A DNA stretch of 64,000 nt from Octopus bimaculoides. Lineage: Eukaryota. Below the pieces are notes generated by a model, which saw only the letters and a program-made list of their open reading frames with translations, did not search any database and had not been told where the DNA came from. How positions within the stretch are numbered: the stretch's first letter is position 1; each line of letters opens with the position of its first letter. The translations under genes and the position numbers were made by a program. Location: the NCBI RefSeq assembly GCF_001194135.2, contig NC_068983.1:166301779-166365778 (forward strand). Direction: 5' to 3'. Below are positions 25,260 through 37,551 of the stretch, in pieces.

Positions 25260-25640
25260 TCCTTTCACCAATTGACCAAACAGCTGATGCAATCCTTCAC
25301 AACATTGGCTACACTTTCCAAAACATTTCAGTTGATTTTACTGGAGTTATCTCCCTTGTTACCAATTTTAAAACTATCTAGTGGGGAATTTTTTATCTCT
25401 GAAGAACTCTCTCAGTTGAAGTTTTTCAATTCACTGTATTACAAGAGACTCTACCATATTTGTATCTATGATATGGATTGCATAATGTATCCTTCCATTT
25501 TTTGCAACAACTGAACATGGTGTGACAGAGACTTGGCCTTTGTTTCAAGCAAGTTAAGCATCTCGATAGAAGCTTCATTGTCTTGTCAATACATGTGTCT
25601 GATACAGTGCCCTGTTTCAATGACAAATCTAAAACCAGGG
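25260..25640 (-). mobile_element. Possible highly decayed mariner transposase C-terminal region
   Basis: Fragments LKQGTV...KQRPSL, LREFFRDKKF and EGLHQL loosely resemble the mariner C-terminus; many stops. Confidence 0.25.
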
Positions 25641-26229
25641 TCCATCAGTAGTTTATTAAGACTTTTTTTTTAACAGATTCCAGTATAATGATGACAAAGA
25701 TTGTGGCATATGTGTATTGTCCTTCAATTATGTACAACAACAATAAACTTCATAGATAGATATATTGAGAGATAAACTTAATAGAGCTGAACAGAAATGA
25801 AACAGACTTTCCACTTCTAATGTAGACTTCTGTTAATTTTTTGTAGCTTGTGGACAAATGTCCCAGCTTCTTACCCAAACAACTGAGTCAATCAAAGTTG
25901 CTTAAGGGAGCAAACAGTTACATTTACTCCAATAGTTAACAGAAAACAACTCAGAGTTAGGTTTACTGCTGTTGTTTTTGCTTTTAAGTCATTCTTCTAC
26001 GGCATTCCTATGACTATTACAATTTGTTTTTACAGCATTTATTTCAACCAAGAATATTTGTCTGTTTGTTTGTCTCTCTCTCTCTCTCTCTCTCTGTGCA
26101 TGCATGTTAATCTTTACAACGAAAAGGTTGACAGTGACTTTGAAGTGTTAGCTTGCCATCAGACAGTTTGGATAACAATGAGCAAGCTGAAACTACAAAG
26201 TCACTTTTAAAACTTTTCCTTGTAAAGAT

Positions 26230-26460
26230 TAACAAATAAGTACTCAACCAAACAGTATCGAGTAATCCTTTGCAGAAAGCCGTCATGATAGCACCCAGTA
26301 CACTCTGTAAAGTGGTTGGCATTAGGAAGGGTATCCAGCCACAGAAACAAGCCAAAACAGACATGGACCGTGGGCAGCTCTTCAGCTGGCCAGCTCCTGT
26401 CAAACCATCCAGCTTACGCCAGTATGGAAAACAATCGTTAAATGATGATGATGATGATAA
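26230..26460 (+). mobile_element. Family E element
   Basis: gcacccagtacactctgtaaagtggttggcattaggaagggtatccagcc...cgttaaatgatgatgatgat. Confidence 0.75.
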
Positions 26461-26477
26461 TTCTATATGTAACTTGA

Positions 26478-26514
<37 letters not shown>

Positions 26515-27049
26515 TTAAGGAGGGGAAAAGAACCAAAGAGCATATTTCCACAAATGAATTACTTTCTGAAATATAACTGAAAGGTAGTTCTGATTAAAAA
26601 AACAAAAATTCTTTTAAACTCAAAGCCTAAGCCTCAAACTGGCAAAGGTAAAGGCAAGTGTCAGCACAGCTGTTGTACCATGAAATCTAAATAAGATTTC
26701 TTTTTTCCTTTTGTGGAAATACAAAGACATTATTTTACACCTTATTACCTGTGTTGTGAAGTGTATCAAAAGCATGGGAATTGTGAGAAAAGAAAAGGAA
26801 AAAGAAATTACCCCAGCAAATCAATTCTAAATACGTAAATAAAGCAAAATATCAATTGGATATCGGTGAGATATCAACATCAAACTCTAAAGGACTTCCA
26901 TCAGCATAGATATTCATTCAAATATCCACATTATTAAACTTCCAGAAGGAATTTACTGAAAACTCACATTTTTATTCTATTTTTTTCTAAAACAGAATGA
27001 AATCCTTTAACACAACTGCCATTAATTTAATGACTAATTTTTAAATACT

Positions 27050-27135
27050 GATGTGGATTAAATATATATATGTAATGAGGTGGATTAAATATATATATAT
27101 ATGCAATGGATTAAATATATATATATATGCAATGG
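27050..27135. repeat. Minisatellite, three units of TGGATTAAAT(AT)nG(C/T)AA
   Basis: Direct reading. Confidence 0.8.
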
Positions 27136-27180
27136 TTCTATTAGATGTGCAATGTGAGTGTAAGTGGAAAAAATTAGTAC

Positions 27181-27410
27181 AAAGGTATCAAGTTGGAAAC
27201 TGTGTATAAGAGGAATCAGATGTTGCATTCAAGAAGATTGCACTGGTATGAACATATAGTGTGCATGGATAAGGACAGCTGTATAAAGTGCTGATAACTA
27301 TGTGACTGGAAATTGCAGAAGAGGGAGACAAGAGATGAAGTGCTGAAGGCTGAACTCAGAACCCTGAGCCTGACAGAAAAGATAACTAAGGACCAGGATC
27401 TCTAACAACC
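27181..27410 (+). mobile_element. Decayed RTE ORF2 C-terminal fragment
   Basis: RRLHWYEHIVCMDKDSCIK..GNCRRGR..EVLKAELRTLSLTE, homologous to 20055-20240. Confidence 0.7.
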
Positions 27411-27859
27411 TGAGGTTCTCAAAAGGATTCATCCTCCTCAGCAAAAATCAGTTCTGGAAGTGTGACATCTTGTGCTCTCCACCCATGTTATAATGACTCC
27501 ACCACCTCATGCATTATGCTTACCTTTTCTCTCCTGCTGGGTCCTACAGACTACACAACCATGTCATCTCCTCCCTGTCTTACTATCTCTGCTGCTTACC
27601 CTCCCCTCTCTTTTGCATCTCTGTTTTCCCCAGCTCATTGTTCTTGTTCATCCACCTTTCAACCCTACAAGTTTGGCAGTCTTACCCCCAATCCCTTCAT
27701 TCTCCATACAAGCTTGCAAACCAACTGCCCACCTCTATTCAGTTTGTGCCTTATAGAGTCACCTGGACACCTCACTGCCATTATCTTTTGCACCACCTGC
27801 TGATTAGTTTTTTTTCTCTCTCCTCTTTCCCCTACTAGATGTGAGTAGTCATGCAGATC

Positions 27860-28165
27860 CTGCACAAAAACCTGCTCTTTCCCATATAATCCCCTTGTCT
27901 CCTAGCATGGAGCTGTACCCACCCTCTCCCGGAGTCCTTGGTCCTGCAACCTGCCTGACAACCCCAATAGTGCAGGTGGCACCAAAGAAAAATACCCAGT
28001 CTGTGATGTAACGTGGTTGACATTAGGAAGAGCATCCAGCTGCAGAACCCATGTGAAAGCGGACACTGGAGCTTGATGCAGTCCCTGCACACATCAAATC
28101 CTGTATAAACCATCCAACCCAAGCCAGCATGGAATATGGATTTTCAATGATGATGATGATGATGT
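27860..28165 (+). mobile_element. Family E element
   Basis: caatagtgcaggtggcaccaa...gacattaggaagagcatccagctg...gatgatgatgat. Confidence 0.65.
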
Positions 28166-28869
28166 GAATTAGATACATCTGTAATGGTGGAGGTGAAAGA
28201 TATCTGCAACAGTGTAGATTGAAGATATTTGTGGAAGTCCAATAATATTTGACATGTATAAACAACATTCAGTATAAACCTTACATAACTTATGTTTTTT
28301 TTTCATCTCTCTACAATAGAAACTGTTCATATTTTGAAACATATGGTCTTAATAACTCAGCTGCTTCAATTAATTGCTTCACAAATTAAGTGTTTATTCT
28401 TCTTAAACATGCACATGTTGGAACCTTGTAATATGACAAAGGAAAACTCTTAAAACGCTTCCTTTAATGTGTAATAAAAACAATAATTTTAAATACTTTT
28501 CCCCCCAGTAATGTTCTTTGTTGGTGGAGACAGAGTTCTATGACCATGGGACACAAAATGAAGAACCAATGCTCCTGTAGCAGTGTGACACAAATGACTT
28601 CACTATCAACTTCAAGATACCATCCAGCTACCTAACTACATATCAATCAGGTGAACAATTGGCTGGTATGATTCTATATCCATCCTTGGTGAAGAATGCT
28701 TACAGTTTTTAGCCACCAGCAATATTTCCATGGAGGATGCAAGTGCATAGGCATCCTGAGAATTGCAATTTCTCCCATCCATACTACACTTTATGTATCC
28801 CTCCACATCTGAACAAACAAACCAGTGTAGTAGTATTTTATTGTGACATGTGTGATTTCAACATATATA

Positions 28870-29209
28870 TCATCATCATTTAACGTCCACTTTCCATGCT
28901 AGTATGGGTTGGACGATTTGACTGAGGACTGGCGAGCCAGATGGCTACACCAGATGGCTACACCAGACTCCAATCTGATTTGGCAGAGTTTCTACAGTTG
29001 GATGCCCTTCCTAACGCCAACCACTCTGTGAGTGTAGTGGGTGCTTTTTACATGCCACCAGCACGAGGGCCAGTCCAGCGGTACTGGCAACAGCCACGCT
29101 CAAAAGGTGTTTTTTATGTGCCACCTGCACAGGAGTCAGTCCAATGTTTTGTTCACATGCCACCAGCACAAGTGCCAGTAAGGCGAAGCTGGAAATGATC
29201 GTGCTCAAA
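28870..29209 (-). mobile_element. RTE 3' UTR fragment with repeat units
   Basis: catcatcatttaacgtccactttccatgctag...ggtgcttttacatgccaccagcacgagggccag, then further units. Confidence 0.85.
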
Positions 29210-30041
29210 TATATANNNNNNNNNNNNNNNNNNNNNNNNNNNNNNNNNNNNNNNNNNNNNNNNNNNNNNNNNNNNTATATATATATATATATATGTAAGT
29301 AAATATTTAAGTGTGGGGTATGTTCCAAGTAGTAAGTCGAAGAAGGGTGTAGGATGAGTCGAAACAAGTCATGCAAGCAATAAAGTTTCTTGTCTATTCC
29401 ATTTTCCATCTGTATCATTTGTTGGGCTCTTCATTAGACCTTGGGCCCAACAATGACACTTCATGCATTGAGTACATATTAAAATTTTATTAAACTTGAA
29501 CAATATTTTTCAAGCAACGAACAATTTTCATCAAAACAACTTGGAACTTATTGCAAAGCTGCATGAGAAACAGCATTTTTTGTCTTCCCATTCATGGGTC
29601 AGTACTTTTTTTTTTTTTGTCTAACCTCTTTCTTTCTCTCTCTCTCTCTCTTTCTGTTGTTTGTTTTCAAACCATCACCATCACCAGTACCACCACCATC
29701 GCCACCACAACTCCCATACACATACGATTCAGACTTCTGACGCCACCACCATCAATATCTTGGACTTCGCTGCCTTCCCCTCCACCACCATAACCAGTCT
29801 TTCACATCACTTACTATCACCTGACTGCTTCAGCTACCACCACCATCACCATCGCCTCTGCCTCTATCACAACTACAGCTCATACCATTACTATCATCCC
29901 ATTACCATCACAACTGTCAATCTACTACTGTCTCTATGCTTACTATTACTCTCACCCCAACATGAGCAATAGTAAGAGTGTCAATGAATAATGAGAAAGG
30001 GGGTTGAAGTGTGACACACAATAATTAGTTTTCGCATTTAT

Positions 30042-30810
30042 CATCATCATTATCATCAGCATCATCATCATTTAGCGTCTGCTTTCCATGCTAGCATGGG
30101 TTGGACGATTTGACTAAGGACTGGTGCAACCGGATGGCTACACCAGGCTCCAATCTAATTTGGCAGAGTTTCTACAGCTGGATGCCCTTCCTAATGCCAA
30201 CCACTCAGAGAGTGTAGTGGGTGCTTTTACGTGTCACCCACACGAAAACGGCCACGCTCGAAATGGTGTCTTTTATGTGCCNNNNNNNNNNNNNNNNNNN
30301 NNNNNNNNNNNNNNNNNNNNNNNNNNNNNNNNNNNNNNNNNNNNNNNNNNNNNNNNNNNNNNNNNNNNNNNNNNNNNNNNNNNNNNNNNNNNNNNNNNNN
30401 NNNNNNNNNNNNNNNNNNNNNNNNNNNNNNNNNNNNNNNNNNNNNNNNNNNNNNNNNNNNNNNNNNNNNNNNNNNNNNNNNNNNNNNNNNNNNNNCTCAC
30501 GCACAGCACATTTCCAAAGGTCTCGGTCAGTAGTCATCGCCTCGGTGAGGCCCAATGTTCGAAGGTCTTGCCTCACCACCTCAGCCCAGGTCTTCCTGGG
30601 CCTACCTCTTCCACGGGTTCCCTCAACTGTTAGGGAGTGGCACTTTTTCACGCAGCTATCCTCATTCATTCTCACCACATGTCCAAGCCAGCGCAATCGT
30701 CTCTCTTGCACACCACTACTGATGCTTCTTATGTTCAGCTTTTCTCTCAAGATACTTACACTCTGACGGGTATTCACACTGACATTACACATCCAGCGGA
30801 GCATACTGAT
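30042..30810 (-). mobile_element. 5'-truncated RTE-clade LINE (ORF2 C-terminus plus 3' UTR), young
   Basis: SMLRWMCNVSVNTRQSVSILREKLNIRSISSGVQERRLRWLGHVVRMNEDSCVKKCHSLTVEGTRGRGRPRKTWAEVVRQDLRTLGLTEAMTTDRDLWKCAVRE is open; gap 30282-30495 lies in the UTR repeats; (GAT)n tail. Confidence 0.92.
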
Positions 30811-30833
30811 ATGTATATACATATATATATGTA

Positions 30834-31299
30834 CAGTAATCCCTCAACTGTTGCAGGTGTTACGTTCCAAAAGCCCCTGTGATAGGTGAAAGTCCACAAA
30901 GTAGAAACAGTACTATCTATTTCATTTTATTATTTTTATAATTTGTATATATTTATTTTATTACAAATGCAAAACAAAAACCACACACTCGCCTCCCAAG
31001 TTTCATCTATACAGTATGTGCGATTCTTTGTTTATTCATCTACGGTACACTACGTATTTTCTTTTAATATATTTTAATTAATGTGTTATACAGTGCAGTA
31101 CTTTACTGTATTTTAATTTTTTAATTTTTAGGCGTGAAAGTGCTTATTTTACCACAGAAATAATTCAAATCTCAAAAAATATAAATACCTACTGGCCACA
31201 GAAACCCACGGTATATTGAGGAGCCCCTGGTATAAATTTACATATATTAGCAAGAAAAATCCACGATGTACTGAGTGAGCAAGAGGTGAGGGATTACAG
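30834..31299. mobile_element. Tc1/mariner (Tigger/pogo-type) MITE
   Basis: TA|CAGTAATCCCTC ... GAGGGATTACAG|TA: 12-bp TIR with 1 mismatch and TA target duplication; AT-rich interior. Confidence 0.8.
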
Positions 31300-31489
31300 T
31301 ATTTGATAGTGTACAAAAGAGTATATTGATGATAATAATAATGTGAGGAAAATGAAGAAACTGTTCCTTATTTTGTTTATATACTGGTACAGAATGTCTA
31401 CAAGTCTCCCAATGAAATGGAATGAAATGATATAAAATATTCATGTAATTCTGTTGAAGAATTTTATTTTATTACATTTTAAAATTCCT

Positions 31490-31690
31490 CACAATATTTC
31501 TTCCAACTCTTTATGTTCTGGGTTCAAATCACACCAAGGCCAACTTATCCTTTCAGAGTCAATAAAATGAAATACCAGTCATGTACCAGGGTAGATGTAA
31601 TTGATTAACCCACCCCCAACTCCTAAAATTGCTGACCTTTAGCCAAAATTTGAAATGTTATCATCATTATAGTTATTAGTAGTAATAGTA
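31490..31690 (+). mobile_element. SINE B, partial
   Basis: gggttcaaatcacacc...aataaaatgaaataccag...cctaaaattgctgacc, (TAG/TAA) tail. Confidence 0.65.
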
Positions 31691-32267
31691 GTAATAATAA
31701 TTTTGGTGGCTGTTGCTGTTTCATGTTTTAAACATGAAAATGTCTGAAAATAGTAATGTCCTAATACAAGCTCTTATTTTATGCTCTTCTGCAAAATAAG
31801 GAAAACCAATTCAAAATACTTGCAAAGCATATCTGGCAATAATGATAATGGAGGGGGATAAAAATAAAATTACAGAATGCAGCAAAACCCAAACAACACA
31901 AGAGAACACTCTAGGCATTCTACTAAAAATAGAGATTACTTATGAATGTGAAAAATAGTGGATGAGTCAAAGAAACTGATAATATATTTATTTGTCAACT
32001 TAAAAGTGGAAGACTTACATAATATAATTTTATCACTAATTAACAATCTTTTGCCTGATTTAATGAAAATTTGTGATAAAAAGATACATATTCACAACCT
32101 TATAATCGTTAGTTTAATAGTTAAATTGCTAAAGCCTGCTTTTAATACACAACGAAGCTTAGTTATGTCTGATATCCTGTATTCTTCAAGAATCTCAAGA
32201 AGAGTTCTTGAGAGATGAGGAGAATTGTTGTCACCAAACCCCAAGATAACATCCCTGCTAAATTGTA

Positions 32268-32350
32268 CAGTAATCCCTCGACTATCACAGGTGTTACAAT
32301 AGGTGAAAATCCAGGAAGTAGAAACAGTACTGTACTGTATAGTTTTTTTA
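32268..32350 (+). mobile_element. Left end of the Tigger-type MITE
   Basis: TA|CAGTAATCCCTCGACT...ggtgttac...ataggtgaaaatcc...gtagaaacagtact matches 30834-30915 with an internal deletion. Confidence 0.75.
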
Positions 32351-32360
32351 TCTTTATAAT

Positions 32361-32745
32361 TTACTCTTTTACTTGTTTCAGTCATTTGACTGCGGCCATG
32401 CTGGAGCACCGCCTTTAGTCAAACTAATTGATCCCAGAACTTATTCTTTGTAACCCTGGTACTTTAGTCCATTTTGCCGAACCACTAAGTTACAGGGACG
32501 TAAACACACCAACATCAGTTGTCAAGTGATAGTCAGGAGACAAGCAGACACACAAATACATACACACACACACACATGTATATGATGGGCTTCTTTCAGT
32601 TTCCGTCTACCAAATCCACTCACAAGGCTTAGGTCAGACTGAGGCTATAGTAGAAAACACTTGCCCAAGGTGCCATACAGTTGGACTGAACCCGGAAGCA
32701 TGTGATTGGGGAGCAAGCTTCTTACCACACAGCCACTCCTGCACC
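32361..32745 (-). mobile_element. SINE A1, full length
   Basis: Sense strand: A-box TGGCTGTGTGG, B-box GGTTCAGTCC, CORE-like gcaccttgggcaagtg, TG tract, tail ggtgctccagcatggccgcagtcaaatgactgaaacaagtaaaagagtaa. Probably one of the described octopus OK/OR1/OR2 SINEs; which one is not verified. Confidence 0.9.
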
Positions 32746-32869
32746 TGTATATATTTATTATGAATGCATAACAACACTATGGAGGAACTGACATAAGCTT
32801 AAATAATAAACCATGATAGGTGAACCATGATATGGCAAGGGATCATTGTAGTAACTTTTGATAAAATAA

Positions 32870-33240
32870 TAATGATGTCTAATTCTGACCCAAGGACTAT
32901 AATTTTTGATGGAAGGGGCTAATCGATACCATCACTTGAAAGGATGAAAAGCAAATTTGACCTCAGCAGGGTTTTGAACTCACAACATGAAGAGAAGGAA
33001 GAAATGCCATGAAACATTCAGTTCAATATGTTAACAATTCCACCAGCTTGATGATTTCAAATGTTGGCACAAGGCCAGCAATTTTAGGGGAGGGGTAAGT
33101 CAATTGTATTGATCCCAGTACTTGACTAATACTTTATTTTATAGACTCTGAAAAGATGAAAGGCAAAGTTGACTTTGGCAGGAACAGACACTGCAAAGCA
33201 TTTTCCCAATGCTCTAATGATACTGACAATTCACAATGAT
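32870..33240 (-). mobile_element. Two tandem SINE B copies
   Basis: Two gaaaggcaaa/aaagcaaa-ttgac...aattc...ccagc blocks near 32940-33050 and 33150-33240. Confidence 0.7.
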
Positions 33241-33257
33241 AAGAATAAGAATAATAA

Positions 33258-34289
33258 ATGCCCTCAAGCAGTATCAAGCAGTAGCTCTCATGGCTTCTGA
33301 TTGGAAGTGTTGTCATGTACTCGAAACTGAACCAAATTCGATGACTGGCACCCGTGCCAGTGGAGTGCTAACAGCACCATCCAAGCAGGATCACTGCCAG
33401 AGCAGTGGTCTGGCTTCCATGCCGGTGGCATGTAAAAACACCATTTGAGCGTGATCGTAACCAGCGTCGCCTTACTGGCAATTGTGCCGGTGGCATGTGA
33501 ACAAAACATTTGAGTGAGGTCGTTGCCAGCGCCACTGGACTGACTCCTGTGCAGGTGGCATGTAAAAAACACCTTTTTGAGCGTGGCCATTGCCAGTACC
33601 ACCAGACTGGCCCTCGTGCTGGTGGCACGTAAAAGCACCCACTACACTCTCAGAGTGGTTGGCGTTAGGAAGTGGATCCAGCTGTAGAAACTCTGTCAGA
33701 TCAGATTGGAGCCTAGTGAAGCCATCTGGTTCGCCAGTCCTCAGTCAAATCGTCCGACCCATGCCAGCATGGAAAGCGGATGTTAAACGATGATGATGAT
33801 GATGTTTTATCTTGGTGTAGAAGATGGGCTACAGCAAATATTCTGCTCAATACTACAGATTTGCTTGTCAATTGTTTGACCTTCACCAGCTGATCATGTC
33901 TCTTAGTGGCTGACAATATGTGCATCTCTGATCAGGAGTAGGAGTGTTAGGGTAACATCATAAGCATGTGTTAAGAGGAATTCTTTAGGGTTTGAATAAT
34001 TCACCTCTGGAAACATGGGGGCTTCGTTCAACATCCTTAAACAAACCTTATTCAGGGACCTTTTGAGCAGGATGAGCTATTTGGCCTGAAAAAATTCTAA
34101 CTGGGTCCCACCTGTAAGGTCATGCACTGTTTATCTTGATGGGAGATTACCATGTTGCACACATAGTTGTTATGTATGTACCTGGTGTACTCTTATCAGA
34201 TGGGTCGCCTTGAGGGGTATATTGGGCTTTGTATATTTGTACCAAGTGTCACTTTGATGGCATGCACTGCCCTCTCACTCAATAATAAT
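33258..34289 (+). mobile_element. Family D, full length, interrupted by an RTE insertion
   Basis: atgccctcaagcagta...catgtac | insertion | gttttatcttgg...cctctcactcaataataat. Confidence 0.85.
33321..33803 (+). mobile_element. RTE 3' UTR with five ~65-nt units, nested in family D
   Basis: Units start at 33345, 33410, 33475, 33540, 33607; ends gttaaacgatgatgatgatgat. Confidence 0.88.
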
Positions 34290-34896
34290 GGTTTTTAATT
34301 TAGGCACAAGGGGGATGGGTTAGGGTTGATACCAGTGACCTCTTGACTGATGGTCGTAATAGTAATGGAAAAAAAACAAAAATTGCAACAGAGAACAAAC
34401 CTCTATAAAAAATTGTTTCTTGGCATCTTCTAAAATCTATTATTCTATCAAAAGGCAATCTTCGTTATATTCAACTTGATGTGGATTATTTTGTTAAGAC
34501 ATCAAATACTGCATTATTTACCTTGAGAGGGCCTCTCACATGGATGGCCTGTAATAAATGATTTTCACTCACCAACAATATAAATAGGAGTGCTTTTATG
34601 CACCATGCAACCATATGCAAGGTCCTCTTATGGTAAACAACAAAGTATTTGGTGTTCTAACAAAACACCCACATTAAATTGGACATAAAGATTGCTTTTT
34701 GGAAATTAATACTACTACTGTTGCCAATCTTATTTTATCATTTCAAAATATTTTGAAAGAGAGTGATAAACCATAAAATAATAGTTGGCAGCAAAGAACA
34801 TTCTTCAAAGTACAATTCTAATTTTGTAATAGTTAATCATTTTTCAAACAAATTAATGTAGTTTTTGAAAAATTCAAGTTTAGTCATGAATATTTA

Positions 34897-34899
<3 letters not shown>

Positions 34900-34941
<42 letters not shown>
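34900..34941. repeat. (TTA)n microsatellite
   Basis: Direct reading; (TAA)n also at 42358-42405, 47525, 58778, 59065. Confidence 0.95.
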
Positions 34942-34942
<1 letters not shown>

Positions 34943-35114
34943 AAATGTTCTTTTCCGCTGACTTGCATATTCCCTTATAAAAATAAAAATTGAACCTACT
35001 TTCTGATGAAAATGAAAAATTATTTATTTAGCTAATGATAACAATTTCTTTATTACAGATAGAAGATGAATAAGAAATATGGAACTTAGCAAAAGAGAAA
35101 AAAAAAATCAGAAT

Positions 35115-35452
35115 TATCATTTCAACATTCTCTTTTCCATATTTGCATGTGTCATAGAAAATTTGCCTCAACAAATTTTCTATGGTCTCTGGCCAGATGC
35201 CTTTCCTGTTGCCAACCTTCACCTGTTTCCAAGCAAGGTAACATTTCCCCTTTGACTGGACATGTTTATCACAGAAGGCTGGAAACAAATGAGACCACTT
35301 GTATAACAGGGAAGCTCATTTACATCCGTCATATAGTGTGAAGACAAGGGTACACACACACACACGCACACACATAGAGCTTCTTTTAGTTTCTGCCTAC
35401 CTAATGCACTTACATGGGAAGCAAGTTTCTTAACCACAGAGCTATGCTTGCA
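35115..35452 (-). mobile_element. SINE A2 with deleted head interior
   Basis: gatgcctttcctgttgccaaccttcacctgtttccaagcaaggtaac...gggaagcaagtttcttaaccacag. Confidence 0.7.
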
Positions 35453-37390
35453 ATGTCAATTATTTACTAAAGACAGAGGAAATGACATACATCGAACACA
35501 CTGAATATAGTGGGAGTTGAACTCCCACAAAGGTCAACTTTGTGTGTTATCCTTGCGAAAAGACTAAATCAAAGAGAGAGAGAGTAATATTCTTCTTTCA
35601 CAAGATAAAAAATGCTTCTTCATGTGCTAAAAAAAAAGACAAAACCACTGTGTTTACTTACTTCCATTGCAACCAAAATCACCAACAACCTGACAAATCT
35701 TGGCACAAGAGACTTTCAGATTTTAGCTCTGTATCCCACGTTCCAGTGTTCAAATCCTATTGGGAATGTCTTTACATTTCATCTCTTTCAAGAGCCAGCA
35801 AAATATATATTAATATTAAATTTAATGACTATATATTGTAACTAATAACGGTATGTCTTTCCTTCAATCAGTGGGGAAAAAAACGAAAAAAAAAAAGAAA
35901 ATCAAAAACAAACATTTCCTTCATAATAGAGTGAAAATCACTTAAACAAGGAGATCTCTGCCCTTCCATTGGAAAGTTCGGACAGTATACCATGATTAGA
36001 GTTTGGAAATGTAGCTTTGTACTCGCTTCTGTAGCTTTTCAAAGTATTCATGTATGGATACATTGGTTATATAGAATACTTCACTCTTTCCCTCCTTTTT
36101 ACATCTAAGTGCATAAGTGACTGTACATACAGAGAAATAATTACAATCTTAGGTATTTTGATGTTATGCCAAGTCAATCTTCCTTTTTTCATATATATTT
36201 ATATATTTCTTGGAATTTACAAGGGATAGAGGTATTTGTATAATTCTCTGAGTCAATAAGGGATAGAGGCTGTTCAGTTTTGATGAAGGCATTTCAAATG
36301 TGCATTGGTTCTCTTCTCTGTAAGTAAAAGTATTTTAGGTTCAAATTACTTATGAACCACAACATTACAGAAGCAACAAGGACTGCAACAAAATCATGGA
36401 CTAAATATTTTGTTATAACTTGGGAAGGTCATCATACCAACGCACACACAGCCTCTACTCGCTTTATTATTATTACTCAACTAGTTAACCATTTAACCAA
36501 TTAACTAACTGATAAACTATTTGGTCAAACAATCAACCATCCTCATCACAACCTCATCAACAATGTGTCTTCTACTCCAGCTCTGTCTGATAATAGATCT
36601 CCTCTATAGCAACATATCTGTTCCTGTCTCTTTCATCATACTTCAACCTCTCAAAACTTAGCTCCCTCCCAGCTAAAGTCACACTCAGTCGCGTGCATAC
36701 GTGTGTGCGTGTCCCACCTACCTTATACCCTCTCTTTCAAAGCTGCATTGTGGAGTTGTAAAGCATGATGAATTGTTTTCAGTATTGAACTAACATTCAC
36801 ATAGATTTTACCAAAGGTCAATTATTATCCAAGTGACTGACATGATGCATGTTGCCCTTAAAAATATAAACTTAGGAGAAAGTGTTTTCAAAGTTAACTC
36901 CAAAGACTTAAAATAATTAAGTTTATCCTCTTTCTTCAGTCAAAAATATAAATAAATAATATGACCTTTCACGCTAAGACAGTTGTAAGGTTAAAAAAAG
37001 AAAAAGGTTTGGCAAACACTGGTATGGTTTCCCCCTATCATAAATAACAGAATAACAGATGGTTTTTACTGAAGTTAGAAGGGAGCAGAATGTCAAAATA
37101 TAAAGATAAATATTTTTCACATGTCTTCAGATCCATGTCAAACATGTTGATCTCAACATGACATTGATAGCATTTTCAGCTGTTCAATTTGGTTTCCTTT
37201 TGTTTTGTAGGGTTTTATTTATCATTTTTTTAATACAAAATATTAACAATTTTTTAACAATACTTTCTACTGAACAAGATTAGGATTATCAGTTTAAACT
37301 TAGAATTAACTGCATCATTGACAAACAGTTCTTGAAGGTTTGATTCTTTATAATAACAGACTCAATGTTACATCAATCAAGAATCCACTA

Positions 37391-37551
37391 TGTCATTGCC
37401 TCTGTGAAGTCCAATGTTCAAAGATCATGCTTCACCACCTCGTCCCATGTCTTCCTGGGTCTACCTCTACCCTAGGCTCCCTCCACAGTTAGCGATCACT
37501 TCTTTACACGGCTGTCCTTGTCCATATGCATCACATGACCACACCAGCACA
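37391..37551 (-). mobile_element. Decayed RTE ORF2 C-terminal fragment
   Basis: LCWCGHVMHMDKDSRVKK/LTVEGA*GRGRPRKTWDEVVKHDL*TLDFTEAMT. Confidence 0.8.

Noticed and set aside
29330-29375. GTCGAAGA...GAGTC GAAACAAGTC ATGC next to (TA)n, resembling a hammerhead 3' half
   Set aside because: No CUGANGA box in register and no stem I or II pairing; at most a very decayed motif.
32181-32214. Heat-shock-element-like GAA/TTC cluster with a 9-bp inverted repeat
   Set aside because: Spacing does not give three alternating nGAAn units.
31958-32409. Overlapping 86-aa (+) and 105-aa (-) ORFs, hAT-like LLEILEEYRISD
   Set aside because: No further hAT motifs; the minus ORF starts inside a SINE and a Tigger end, and candidate splice sites do not give an open exon.
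33345-33672. CRISPR-like array (regular ~65-bp period with palindromes)
   Set aside because: The units are homologous along their whole length with no unique spacers, lie in a LINE 3' UTR in eukaryotic DNA, and have no cas genes nearby.
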